This document shows positions 37,992 through 48,198 of a DNA stretch of 64,000 nt, piece by piece. A model generated the notes under the pieces. That model was not told the DNA's origin. It searched no databases and was given only the letters and a program-made list of their open reading frames with translations. Source of the DNA: Alphaproteobacteria bacterium (GTDB taxonomy: Bacteria; Pseudomonadota; Alphaproteobacteria; SMXP01); assembly GCA_965248815.1 (NCBI GenBank), contig CBDFKK010000008.1:1493720-1557719 (forward strand), given 5' to 3'. Position 1 is the stretch's first letter. Every line of letters begins with the position of its first letter. Position numbers and translations under genes: made by a program.

Positions 37992-38436
37992 ACTGATACA
38001 ACAGATGAGCCATATACTCCGCTAGCTCAAACCGAAATCTGTTCCAATTTATCTGATGACGGACAGTGTGACCAGGAGCTTCATGCCCAAAGCTAGATGT
38101 TTTCCCGGAGTAGCATAGAGGTTTTCAATAAACCTAACTGGGTTTGCATTTCTCTCCTTGAGCGATTCGCTGTCTTCGATCCGATTGCCTCTGTTCATGA
38201 AGATAGCATTGGGATTAAGTACTTCGTAGTGGCAAGCTACAAGCGGGTGCTGGTCGAGAATAGCGCAGAGGAGGTTTGAGCCTGTTCGGCCACCTGAAAT
38301 AATCACAAATTTCTGCAACTGACGCGCCCCACGAGACCAAACAAAAGTCGCCACTCAGATGCTAGGCAAGGATCTAGAACCGTGCAATGGTGCGTATAGC
38401 TCATTCTGGACGGTACTCCAAACAACTGAGGACGCT

Positions 38437-39045
38437 ATGCCCCGACTCCTATGTTTTGCTTTTGTGACATCTTTCTTCTTTGTTCTAGCCGGCGGCCAAA
38501 CCCATGCGGAGGTGACACCTTGTGACGAAATGGCAAGTCACCCGGAAGACCCAGACAGAGTCATACCCGGCATCGAGCGCGCCGACATAGACTTTGCTGC
38601 GGCTGAGGCTGCCTGCAGAAAAACAGTTCAGGACGATCCGGAAAACGCGCGCTCGGCCTATCAGTTGGGCCGGGTTCTGTTTTATCAAGGTAAGAGCGAG
38701 GAGGGTATCAGTTACGTCAAACAGGCGAGCGACGCAGGCTACCGTCAAGCGATGTTTGTTCTGGGTTAAATCTACGTAACCGGCTCCAATGTCGAGCAAG
38801 ACGTTTGCGGCGGCGCAGACCTCGTTCGCCAATCAGCAATCGCCGGTCGTTTCGCGGGATTAGTTGGCTTCCCCCACTACGTCTTGTCCGGGATCACCGA
38901 TGATTGTCCGGTGCAAAAAGACTGGAACGAGATGCTCGGCTTTTTGGAGACGGCAGCTGACAGTGCAGATGGGTATTACAAAACTCTTCTGGTTGAGACT
39001 TTGACTTCGCAAGTAAAGCAAAGAATTGCCGCGAGCTCGGACTGA
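38437..39045 (+). pseudogene. Secreted Sel1-like (TPR-like) repeat protein with an in-frame TAA at 38767-38769
   Basis: MPRLLCFAFVTSFFFVLAGGQTHA is a signal peptide. The repeat RQAMFVLG-stop-IYVTGSNVEQDVCGGADLVRQSAIAG continues in the same frame to TGA 39043-39045. Confidence 0.45.
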
Positions 39046-39100
39046 TAAGTCTATTGATAAGGTTTGCAGGGCAGCAAAGTTTCTCCGGAAGTAGAACAAA

Positions 39101-40940
39101 ATGCTCATTCAGCCGAACGTCCAAGTAATTGGCTTCGCGCTCTTAGCCCTTGTCGCCAGCTATCCCTCTTCAAGCGCTGCTCAAACGCAAAGGCCGCCTT
39201 TGCATGGCAGTCATTGGATGGCGATCACGGGCAAACCACTTGCAGCCACAGCAGGAGCATCAATCTTTCATAAAGGCGGAAATGCCGTTGATGCAGCCTG
39301 CGCCATGACAGCTGCGACAGCCACAATGTGGGACACCCATGGCTGGGGCGGAGAGACGCAAGCGCTCATTTACGATCCGCGGTCAAAAGAAGTAGTCGCG
39401 ATAAACGCCTTGGGCGTTGCACCCACCGGCGCTACGCCCGAGTTCTATCGCGCGCAAGGCATGGACTATCCACCCCGCTTCGGTCCACTGGCAGCGGTGA
39501 CGCCGGGAACGCCAGGCGGAATTCTGACCATGCTCGCCGAATACGGAACCATGTCTTTGGCGGACGTGCTTGCGCCGGCTATTGAGATGGCGGACGGATA
39601 CGCAATTGAAAACGCAACGGTAAAGTCCATAGAGCGCGGCAAAAAGTATATTTCCGAGTGGCCGTCTTCAAAACGCATTTTTCTTGATCGTCGAGGAAAT
39701 GCGCCCGAGCCTGGCGAGATATTCAAACAAAAAGACTTAGCTAAAACATTGCGCAAGCTTGTTAAAGCCGAACAAGGCGCGCTTGCCGCTGGATTGGACC
39801 GGAAAGCGGCGATCTACGCAGCGTACGATCGGTTCTACAAGGGCGATATCGCTGAGGAGCTGGTCGATGGAACTCAAAAACAAGGCGGCCTCATAACGCT
39901 CGGGGATTTGGCAAACTGGGAAGTCTATGTCGAAGAGCCGGTTCATGTACGATACAAGGGCATTGATGTTTATAAGCTCGATACATGGGTTCAAGGCCCC
40001 GTCATGCTGCAGGCTTTGAACATCCTTGATAATTTCGATCTCAAGGATCTGGGTTACAACACGACGCGGTATATCCATACACTCTACCAGGCAATGAACC
40101 TCGCGTTCGCCGATCGCGACTTCTATTACGGCGACCCATACTTCCCGCCCACCGAGCCCATCAAAGGTCTCCTTTCGAAAAAAATATGCGCGCGAGAGAG
40201 CTAAACTCATTCAGCCCGATAGAAATGACCCGGACATCCGTCCAGGCGATCCTTATCCGTTTCAAGGCGATGAAAATCCGTTCACAAACTATCTCGAGTC
40301 TTGGCATGTGACGGAGCCTGAAGAGAGCGCAATGGCGGAATTCGATCTCACATTTCAGCTCGGCACCACGACCGTGGTTACCGCCGACGCCGAGGGTTGG
40401 GCCGTTTCCATTACCCCGAGCGGCGGCTGGCACACCGCCTTTATACCAGGCAAAACCGGGATTGGTCTCAGTCAACGAATGCAAAGTTTCGTTCTCGATC
40501 CGGCGGAGAACCCATTTAATGTCGTGGAACCGGGCAAGCGACCTCGCGCAACTTTGACGCCAACTTTGGCCTTGAAAAAAGGCAAACCATACTTGGCATT
40601 TGCAGTTCAGGGCGGAGACACGCAAGATCAAAATCTATTGCAATTCTTCCTCAACGTCGTCGAATTCGATATGACGGTGCAAGAAGCCAGCGAGGCCGCA
40701 AATTTTACGAGCTATCAATTGCGCGACTCCTTCGGCAGTCATCAGGCAAAGCCGGGGCGGTTGCTTCTGAACGACTCTACGCCGCCGGAAGTCCGTACGG
40801 AACTTGAAGCCATGGGCTATGATCTTGTGTTCCGTGACCGCACATCCGGCCCGCTCAACGCGATTCTGTTTGATCGCGAACACAAGAGCTTTTGGGGCGG
40901 GGCAAGCAATTACGGCGAAGACTACGGTATCTCGTGGTGA
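39101..40940 (+). pseudogene. ggt: Gamma-glutamyltransferase precursor with a +1 frameshift in an A7 run (40178-40184)
   Basis: The large subunit (39101-40204, signal peptide) and the small subunit beginning at catalytic TTT (LGTTTVVTADAEGWAVSITPSGG) are colinear with GGT but in different frames. The frame switches at CGAAAAAAATAT. Confidence 0.75.
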
Positions 40941-41049
40941 TTGAAGGATACGAAAACGGTTTTCAATCTAAAGACGATTGGAGCCGAACTGCATTTGCAT
41001 TGACGTTATGCACACGCAGCTCGCCCCAATTCTCGATTCTCTGAAAAAT

Positions 41050-42180
41050 TTAATTTAGCCAGCGGCTTTCCTGATCGAGCAACTCTTTCATGTCCATGCG
41101 CGTCTGGGGCAAATCCTCAGGCGGCAGGTCCAAATGATTGAGCGGCACTTCCTGCTGAAATTGATCGAACACCGGCTTGACCACTTCCATCGGGTAGCGT
41201 GGGATGCGCCGGTTTTCTCTGAATTCGGCGATCGGAATTTCCGCTTCAATGATGGCTTCTTTATTCGTTGGGTCTTCGGCCAGAACTTCTCCTCTCGGAC
41301 CTACAATCAATGAACGTCCGCCGCCGGACGCAACCGGCGAGTCCGGCGGAAAAGTAATGTTCGACATCGCTGAATAGAAACGGTTGTAATAAGCCATCGC
41401 CTTCACGTCGAGAGGATTGAACAACGTTGCGGTGCGGAACATGATCTCAACACCGCGCATGGCAAAGGCGGCAAAGACGAAGGGGTCGATTTGTACTGTG
41501 CTAACCGCGATATTGCCGAATTCGGTTTGAATGATCGGAAACTCTTCTTCGATTCCATAGCGGGCACGAAATTTATCCCGCACATTTTCAACGGTCGTAG
41601 TAGGAATCTCTCCATCATCGCCCAGGCGAGAGGCGTTACGCGTCTTCCAATAAGCTTTGACCAACTCACCGTCACGCCCAATGACGGGGTTTAGACTAAT
41701 AATGTGCCCGGGCCATTCTGGATCGTTCGCGTAGCTGCCAAAGATAATGTAGGTGTCGCATTCTTTGGCCAACTCACCTAACTGAACTGTTTCGGGACCG
41801 GGGATCTGAATAGTGAATTTGAGCTTTTCGTCTCGCGAGCCGGACGAATATCCCGTCAGCGGAAATTCATTAAACAAGATGAAGTCGGGCTTTTTGCCTT
41901 CAGTGCAAGCTTTGTTGATCCACGATGTCATACGCGCAAGATTTTCTACCAGCCCTTCTTCGATGGTCGGGGCGTCCTGCAGATTCTGCACGGCATTCTG
42001 AACAACTTTGACGACTATGACGTCCTTCTCAAGCGCCTTTACCGGATAGCTGCCGTCCGGCTGCACCAATTGTGGGACGCCCGCTGAAGGCGCGTTACCC
42101 TGTGCGAAAGCCTGTGCGAATGGGCTAACCGTCAATACCGCGACGATGGCGACGGTTGTCCAGATACGGAACTCTTTCAT
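41050..42180 (-). CDS. Secreted carbon-nitrogen hydrolase (nitrilase superfamily)-like protein
   Basis: A signal peptide follows MKEFRIW. DFILFNEFPLTGY and KTRNASRL fit the CN-hydrolase Glu/Lys regions. The expected catalytic Cys position appears to hold Ser/Thr (IAVSTVQID), judged by eye. Confidence 0.4.
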   Translation of the reverse strand: MKEFRIWTTVAIVAVLTVSPFAQAFAQGNAPSAGVPQLVQPDGSYPVKALEKDVIVVKVVQNAVQNLQDAPTIEEGLVENLARMTSWINKACTEGKKPDFILFNEFPLTGYSSGSRDEKLKFTIQIPGPETVQLGELAKECDTYIIFGSYANDPEWPGHIISLNPVIGRDGELVKAYWKTRNASRLGDDGEIPTTTVENVRDKFRARYGIEEEFPIIQTEFGNIAVSTVQIDPFVFAAFAMRGVEIMFRTATLFNPLDVKAMAYYNRFYSAMSNITFPPDSPVASGGGRSLIVGPRGEVLAEDPTNKEAIIEAEIPIAEFRENRRIPRYPMEVVKPVFDQFQQEVPLNHLDLPPEDLPQTRMDMKELLDQESRWLN

Positions 42181-42422
42181 TTTTCGTCTCCCCCTGAAAT
42201 CACAATGCGGTATTGCCACTTTATCTGACAAAGGGAGCGAAGTGGAGACGACCAAACTCCTACAAATACCTTTTGTTGAGTCAGGCCATATTACGGATCG
42301 CTTTCTGAAACTCATTGACAAACGAAGGGCCCGGCCGCTGACTCTGTATGAGCCCGGAAGAGCCCAGCGAGAAGTCAGATTACATATCCGAATAGGCCAC
42401 CCGCCCCAGAGGTGAGCACATC

Positions 42423-43409
42423 ATGACAAACAGACCTGACAATGTTTCCACGTTTACCCGTGAATATGACCATGCGGCCGATTGGCAAAAATTGTCTTGG
42501 GCCCATACCGAGCAGACTTTGTTTCTGGCCGATATTTGCAAGAAGCGCCAGCCCGGCAAGGCCTTGGACATCGGGTGCGGTGCCGGAACGGACTCGGTCT
42601 TCTTGGCTCGAGAAGGCTGGGAGGTAACCAGCCTGGATTTCGTGCCCAAAGCAATCGAAATGACTGAACAACGCGCCAAGGACGCGGGCGTCGCGGTGAC
42701 CCCGGTCGTCGCCGACGTGCTCGAATGGGAAGCGCCTCACAAATACGACCTCGTGCTGGACCACGGGTTGCTCCACAACATGAGCCCCCAAAATCATTCC
42801 CTTTATCGCGAGCAGTTGTTCAAAGCCATGAGTGACGAGGCAAACTTTGTCATTGTCCATTGGCTGAAAACCCATTCGACACAACCGGTGTCGATGGTCG
42901 GGCCCAACCGCGCGAGTCGAGAAGAGATTAAAGATTTTTTTGCCCCGGAGATGATGGAGCGCTATTTCGCCGTTGAGGAAATTGAAGATTTGCCTTGGTT
43001 TGTGGGGGGCGGACTATCGCAGGCCACAATCTGGTTCAAGCCCAATGATGCAATTCGAAAACCGGCAGAACTCGTCTCGCAAATCAAATCCACATTGAGC
43101 AATCAAGGCGTTGATTATGAGGCCATGATCGCCGATGCGGGAGACGGTTTAGTAGAGGCAGAACTCGTGCCCCATATGATGGCGCGTATTGTGGGGCCGG
43201 GCCGCTTGGGCATGTCTCACACCAATCTTAAACGTGAGGAAGCCGCTTCGGTATTAGCGTCCTGGGCCGAGCGGTCTGGTGAGAACGCGCGCTATATGGA
43301 AAATCTATTGCGCGTCTTTAGCTCCAAGGACCACGGCAAGGTCTGCACCGATATCCCTAATTGCGATGTCTGCGAAGTCACGTTTTGCAAACGGTTGCGG
43401 AACAAGTAA
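42423..43409 (+). CDS. Class I SAM-dependent methyltransferase (TPMT/TehB-like N-domain) with C-terminal extension
   Basis: ALDIGCGAGTDSVFLAREGWEVTSLDF is motif I. The Cys-rich C-terminus is CTDIPNCDVCEVTFC. Confidence 0.55.
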   Translation: MTNRPDNVSTFTREYDHAADWQKLSWAHTEQTLFLADICKKRQPGKALDIGCGAGTDSVFLAREGWEVTSLDFVPKAIEMTEQRAKDAGVAVTPVVADVLEWEAPHKYDLVLDHGLLHNMSPQNHSLYREQLFKAMSDEANFVIVHWLKTHSTQPVSMVGPNRASREEIKDFFAPEMMERYFAVEEIEDLPWFVGGGLSQATIWFKPNDAIRKPAELVSQIKSTLSNQGVDYEAMIADAGDGLVEAELVPHMMARIVGPGRLGMSHTNLKREEAASVLASWAERSGENARYMENLLRVFSSKDHGKVCTDIPNCDVCEVTFCKRLRNK

Positions 43410-43553
43410 GCGCCGATAATACGTGCTTCCAGCCAGTGCGCATCGAAAAATGGACGGCCGGGCATTCCGTGCTAGGCATCAGGTAAGCCGCCACTTAAAA
43501 CCGGCATCACAAGCGCCTATAGGGCATGACTCGCCCAAGATCTGTGAAGGAAT

Positions 43554-44432
43554 GTGTCAATGACGATCAGCTTTGAGACCAAAATCGATTTCACCAGCCA
43601 ATTTTGGAACCGCGATGCTTGGGCGCGGATACAGGGAGACTTGAACCCTGAAAACGAGCGGTTCACCTATTGCACGGGGCAAATCATGGGCATTAAGCCC
43701 AACGAGAAGATCAAAGAACTCTGCAGTTTTGAGACCTTTCTGTGCACGCGGCTCGTACCACAAGAGGACGGCACAATCCGGCGCCTCAACAAGGAGGTGA
43801 TTTTCTATACAGACTCACGCACTGGCGAAATCATCGAGGAGTGGAAAAATCCGTGGACGGGCGAAGTCGTGAACGTCGTTCAGGTGGCCAACGATCCGTT
43901 CAACTACACGATTAGTGAGTGGTTGATTTTGGCGCCTGAAGATTTTCCTGGCCAAGAAAAAGCCGAACCCAGAAAAATTCCCCTTCTATTTCCTTGGCGT
44001 CGCTTGGGTGACGATCGGCTCCTGCTGACGACCGATATGCACCTTTGTTATCCGAACGCGCTGCAGCCCGATAAATGGCCTCGCGAGTCTGCCGGTCCGA
44101 TGGCTCAGGTCTCTGAGTTATTCCGCTACATCGTGTCGGTCGATGAACTCGAGAATCCCGAATTGACGGCGGTGAACTACACGGGGTCGTGGCAGCGCAT
44201 CACACCTTGGCTACCCTGGATGCTTATGGGCCAAACGCCGGGTCATTGCCTCTATGCTTCAACCATGATCGGCTGCGATAATCTGGACATGGTGCCCAAA
44301 CACATTCGTCAATATGCGGAAGAACATTATCCCCACATGTTGTCGGCTCCCACGGAAGACTACGGCCCGAGTATCTCGAGCCTAGAGTATTACGCCCGCG
44401 AGCAAACCCCGGCACCAGTGCAGACGTCGTGA
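43554..44432 (+). CDS. DUF1838-family protein (paralog 3; no signal peptide)
   Basis: Shares IIEEWKNPWTGEVVNV, DKWPRESAGP and NYTGSWQRITPWLPWMLMG with the two Tat-signal paralogs. Confidence 0.55.
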   Translation: MSMTISFETKIDFTSQFWNRDAWARIQGDLNPENERFTYCTGQIMGIKPNEKIKELCSFETFLCTRLVPQEDGTIRRLNKEVIFYTDSRTGEIIEEWKNPWTGEVVNVVQVANDPFNYTISEWLILAPEDFPGQEKAEPRKIPLLFPWRRLGDDRLLLTTDMHLCYPNALQPDKWPRESAGPMAQVSELFRYIVSVDELENPELTAVNYTGSWQRITPWLPWMLMGQTPGHCLYASTMIGCDNLDMVPKHIRQYAEEHYPHMLSAPTEDYGPSISSLEYYAREQTPAPVQTS

Positions 44433-44489
44433 AGATAAGGTAGCGTCGGCGCAAAGATCGTCGTTTGCACCAATTGAATTGGCCTGGAG

Positions 44490-45599
44490 CTAGGCCGCCG
44501 TCTGATCGGCATCCATTGCGTGCTGGCGGGTGCGCCAGAATCGCATGGTGCGTCGTGCGCTTTCCAGTGGAAGCTTTTCGTAGAGGTCAAGCATTTTTAG
44601 ATGCTCTTTCTTCAACAAAAATGACTTGAGTGCGGGGTCATAAGTCAAAAACGCCTTGTACGTTGGCGTTTCAAATTGCAACGCGCAGCAGGCAATAGCT
44701 AATGCGTCGCCGGCCATATCAAACACGATGCGGCGGGCGGTACGATTGTCAATTTCCGCCATTCGCGCAAAGGCAATTAAGAATTCCGGCACCTGTCCGC
44801 TTTCAAACAACTTGACCAGCATGCTTTGGTTGAGTAAGTCCTGCCGCTCGAGATCGTCTACATATTGTTCGGGTGCCGACTTCCGAAGAAGACGGGAATT
44901 TGCCTTCTTGCCCAGCCTTTGTCGGGATTTGGCCAGTGCCTCCTCAAGTGTCGCTTCGTCAATTTTCGCGTTTGTGGCAAGTATGTGGTGCTGAAGCTTC
45001 GACGAAACAAAAAAGTACATTTCGTTCAACAGATCGGGCGGAAGTTCGCGCCGTAATGCCAGTGGCTCATGGAGCTCTACAACGTTTTCAGAGCGTGTCA
45101 CCAACTTTTCCATAGAAGTCCGCGTCAGCTGCGCACCTTCGTTGCGAGCCAACCGCACTAACACTTGGCCCTCACCTCTTTCGACGAGGGCATCACTGAC
45201 GGTTTCCGAAACAGTCTCGCGTTCAGCAATCGAGAATAGATGGTCTTGGCCCTGTTCTTCAGTGATTCTTACCAGGTCATCATCGTTCAATACCGGGCTT
45301 CTTGTGAGGACCGGACGGGCAACTTCGATTTCGTCAGTTGCTAGTTGAAAGATTAAGTCATGGGGTGCATTGGTAACGTGGCTCAGCTGGTCAGAGAGCA
45401 ATACGCGCACTTCTTTTTCTAATTCAAACGCTACGCGACCCATAATTGCGCCAAATTGTTCGACTTCTTTCTCGTTGAATTGGCCGGGGTCGCTGACAAA
45501 TATTTCGGTTACATCACGAAGAATCTCTCGACGATTATCGCTCGAAGCCTCATTGGCAAGACCGATGAGCCGTTCCAATTGTGAGCCGTCTTGAGTCAT
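44490..45599 (-). CDS. DUF2336-like alphaproteobacterial hypothetical protein
   Basis: 369-aa all-helical acidic protein. The family call comes from overall composition and is low confidence. Confidence 0.3.
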   Translation of the reverse strand: MTQDGSQLERLIGLANEASSDNRREILRDVTEIFVSDPGQFNEKEVEQFGAIMGRVAFELEKEVRVLLSDQLSHVTNAPHDLIFQLATDEIEVARPVLTRSPVLNDDDLVRITEEQGQDHLFSIAERETVSETVSDALVERGEGQVLVRLARNEGAQLTRTSMEKLVTRSENVVELHEPLALRRELPPDLLNEMYFFVSSKLQHHILATNAKIDEATLEEALAKSRQRLGKKANSRLLRKSAPEQYVDDLERQDLLNQSMLVKLFESGQVPEFLIAFARMAEIDNRTARRIVFDMAGDALAIACCALQFETPTYKAFLTYDPALKSFLLKKEHLKMLDLYEKLPLESARRTMRFWRTRQHAMDADQTAA

Positions 45600-45800
45600 G
45601 CTGATCCCTTGATGAAGCTGTAATACTCACTGATTTAAGGCCCATCAGTTTCTCAAATAATCATCTAAGTATTGTTAATTCCGGGCAGGCTCAGGATTTG
45701 CGCCGGTTCTCATCGTAGGGCAGCAATTTGTCTGAATGTGAATTAGATGCTAGCCATGAGCCGATAGCATCCTGGAATTTAGGGCATCCACGGCAGTCTC

Positions 45801-47264
45801 ATGGCCAGCAATATGAAACCTCACACAGATATCAGATCAGCAATCGCAAATCTGGACTCAAACGGTCAACTGCTTAGATTTTCCGAAGTAGATCAGGATC
45901 GCTATGAGGCGACCGCTATTCTTTACAATCTCATAGAGGAAAAGGGACTGTATAACGCGCCGGCCGTGTGGTTTGACCGGGTCAAGATTAACGGTCGCTG
46001 GATGGACGGCCCCGTCGTTGCGAACTTATTCGGCAACGTCATCTCCGAATCACTTGCGTTTGGTATCAACGTTGAGACGTCCAACGCCAATGACATGTAC
46101 AGTTTGTGCGTCCGCGACTTGGCACAATGCTTTGTCGATGGGAAGCTTCCGAAGATTCCACCCAGAGAAGTGAATGCCGCCGCAGCGCCTTGCAAGCAAG
46201 TGGTTCTACGGAAATCTGAGGCTGATCTTTCGACTTTTCCATGGCTCAAACTCAATCCCGCAGACGCAGGGCAATACATCAACGCCGGCGCCTTGTTGGT
46301 CAACGATCCCGAACTCGGCGGCAACTTGGGTGTCTATCGTTGTCAGGTAAAGGGAGACCAAAAGATCGGCGTCAATGTTGGACGCGGACAAGACGCCTAT
46401 CCGATACTAATGGGCATGAAAGAGCGCGGCATAAAGGCCGCCCAGGTCGCACTCGTGCAGGGCATGGACCCGGTGACGTGGTCGCTGGCGGCCACGAAGA
46501 TCGGTGGCAAAGGCGACTACGAACTCGAACTTGCAGGCAGCCTCTTGGGTCAACCGCTGGACGTCGTCAAATGCGAAACGAGCGATCTTCTGGTGCCCGC
46601 GCAGGCGGAAATGATTATCGAAGGCAAAATCTCCCTCGAAGACTTTGAAGAGGAAGGGCCTTTTGGCGAATTCCTCGGTTTTCAGGGCCCGAAAAAGCCA
46701 AACAATTTTGTAATGCACGTTGACGCGATCACGCATCGCGAGTCGCCTTGGTTTTACAATGCGTTTTCCGGAATCACGTTCGATATGCCCCATTCGATTT
46801 GGGCGTCGCAGGACCAGGTGCTCTACGAGGGGCATATTCCAAACTACGTTGACACGTTTCGTCCGGCCGCCGGCGTCATTGTTCTTCGAATTGACAAACA
46901 CGCCGCCGGAGCCGGCCTCGAAGCTGGAAAAATTCTCCTCGCCCAAGATCCCTACGCCAAAGTCATTATTGTTGTAGACAAAGACGTTAATACGCTTGAG
47001 TCAGAACAGGTACTGTGGGCCTTAGGCTCCATGTGGCAGCCTTACCCGGCCACCTACATCAAAGAGAGTATGAAAACCGGTTTCACGGACCCAAGCTCCC
47101 CAGAGCGCTTTGTCTCAAGTCGCATCGTTATTGATGCGACTCGTCAGTTACCTGAAGAAGGCGGACCTCAAGTGTTTGCGCCAACCAATCGAAGTCTTCT
47201 GGAAAAAGAATCGCCAAACATTATTTTAGAGACCAAACAAAAATGGTCTCATCTCTGGAAATAG
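45801..47264 (+). CDS. UbiD-family decarboxylase, paralog 2
   Basis: 487 aa, colinear with the ORF at 4790 (LLRFSEVDQDRYEAT..., VPAQAEMIIEGKI...EGPFGEFLGF). Confidence 0.8.
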   Translation: MASNMKPHTDIRSAIANLDSNGQLLRFSEVDQDRYEATAILYNLIEEKGLYNAPAVWFDRVKINGRWMDGPVVANLFGNVISESLAFGINVETSNANDMYSLCVRDLAQCFVDGKLPKIPPREVNAAAAPCKQVVLRKSEADLSTFPWLKLNPADAGQYINAGALLVNDPELGGNLGVYRCQVKGDQKIGVNVGRGQDAYPILMGMKERGIKAAQVALVQGMDPVTWSLAATKIGGKGDYELELAGSLLGQPLDVVKCETSDLLVPAQAEMIIEGKISLEDFEEEGPFGEFLGFQGPKKPNNFVMHVDAITHRESPWFYNAFSGITFDMPHSIWASQDQVLYEGHIPNYVDTFRPAAGVIVLRIDKHAAGAGLEAGKILLAQDPYAKVIIVVDKDVNTLESEQVLWALGSMWQPYPATYIKESMKTGFTDPSSPERFVSSRIVIDATRQLPEEGGPQVFAPTNRSLLEKESPNIILETKQKWSHLWK

Positions 47265-47312
47265 ACCGATCAGTCCGCCACTTATTTTGGATATCGTCGA
47301 CCGGAATCCGAC

Positions 47313-48113
47313 TTAGTCGACAACGTCACCGTGCCAGTCGATCGTCCGGCCGCTATTTTCCATTGTCAGGTTTTCTATAGCCTCAATCATACCGCTGACG
47401 CTGTCTTCGACCGCAACGGTATTGCCCTGGTTACCATCGTCGGGCTCACCGTGCGTGAGGACACGACCTGGCATCAGTGTCACCACTCTCACGTTCCGAC
47501 CCTTCCACCGAATGGCGATTTCCTTTTGGATTGAATCGAGCGCAGCCTTGCTGGTTTTGTACAGAGAAAAGCCCGGCACTGGAATGCCCCGTTCGCCGGT
47601 CCCCGTAGTCAGAGCGGCGATGACTCTTTGCTCGCTCGCAATAATGTTCGGTGAAAAGGCTTCCGCGACCTTGAGCGGCCCCATTGCGTTGGTGCGGTAG
47701 AACAAATCGAATTCGTCATAGTCAATGGAGCCAACCATTTGCCCCACGTCAGGTCCGCGCATGAGACCCGCATTGTTTACGAGAACGTCGATCGGTTTGT
47801 CTTTGTACTTGGCAGCCAGAGCATCGATGCCTTCGTGGTCCACAAGATCCAATCGCTCGACGGTCACATTGTCATAGCCCGAAGCCAGAGCCCTTAATTC
47901 GTCTACGCTATCCGGGTTCCGGCACGTCGCAATAACAGTCCAGCCCGATTCTGCATACTGCTCGACAAACTCAATGCCGATTCCGCGATTGGCGCCGGTA
48001 ATGAGGACCGTCGACGCGTTGGCCGATTGAGAACCTCCGGAAAAGACGAACGAGGCCAAAAACGCAACAAAGACGGCAGATAATCTAACGTATCGGTTCA
48101 TTCTAAACTCCAT
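47313..48113 (-). CDS. Short-chain dehydrogenase/reductase with N-terminal signal/anchor
   Basis: VLITGANRGIGIEF is a TGxxxGxG motif. YKTSK is the SDR YxxxK motif. Confidence 0.75.
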   Translation of the reverse strand: MEFRMNRYVRLSAVFVAFLASFVFSGGSQSANASTVLITGANRGIGIEFVEQYAESGWTVIATCRNPDSVDELRALASGYDNVTVERLDLVDHEGIDALAAKYKDKPIDVLVNNAGLMRGPDVGQMVGSIDYDEFDLFYRTNAMGPLKVAEAFSPNIIASEQRVIAALTTGTGERGIPVPGFSLYKTSKAALDSIQKEIAIRWKGRNVRVVTLMPGRVLTHGEPDDGNQGNTVAVEDSVSGMIEAIENLTMENSGRTIDWHGDVVD

Positions 48114-48198
48114 AAACTGTTTTCAGCTTGGCCAGTATTAGACCCAGGCTCTCACTTTCTTCAATTTGACTGGGCGTATAGTTGTCTTAGCTGTGCAG

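Larger units (their letters stand above)
36553..38065 (+). mobile_element. IS3-family element, copy C (1513 bp; diverged relative of copies A/B) flanked by perfect 8-bp direct repeat GTGTGACC
   Basis: GTGTGACC lies at 36545-36552 and 38066-38073. The ends are TGTCTGACATCAGCGCCTGTGGGACAGATGGAG and ...GAAATCTGTTCCAATTTATCTGATGACGGACA. OrfA and OrfB are about 75-88% identical in protein sequence to copies A/B, judged by eye. Confidence 0.85.
36003..38354 (-). pseudogene. Stf0-like sulfotransferase gene split by IS copy C
   Basis: The N-terminal part (38066-38354) contains the PAPS-binding loop FVIISGGRTGSNLLCAIL. Removing 36553-38065 plus one 8-bp repeat joins ...GMKLLVT to HDPQALHHCLTAQDIKK... 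in frame, giving a protein of about 274 aa. Confidence 0.65.

Noticed and set aside
17866-39045. Hypothesis that in-frame stops reflect stop-codon reassignment or an alternative genetic code
   Set aside because: All three stop codons (TAG, TGA, TAA) appear as interruptions. Dozens of well-conserved genes in the window terminate normally at TAA, TAG or TGA at the expected protein lengths. Pseudogenisation or sequence error fits better.
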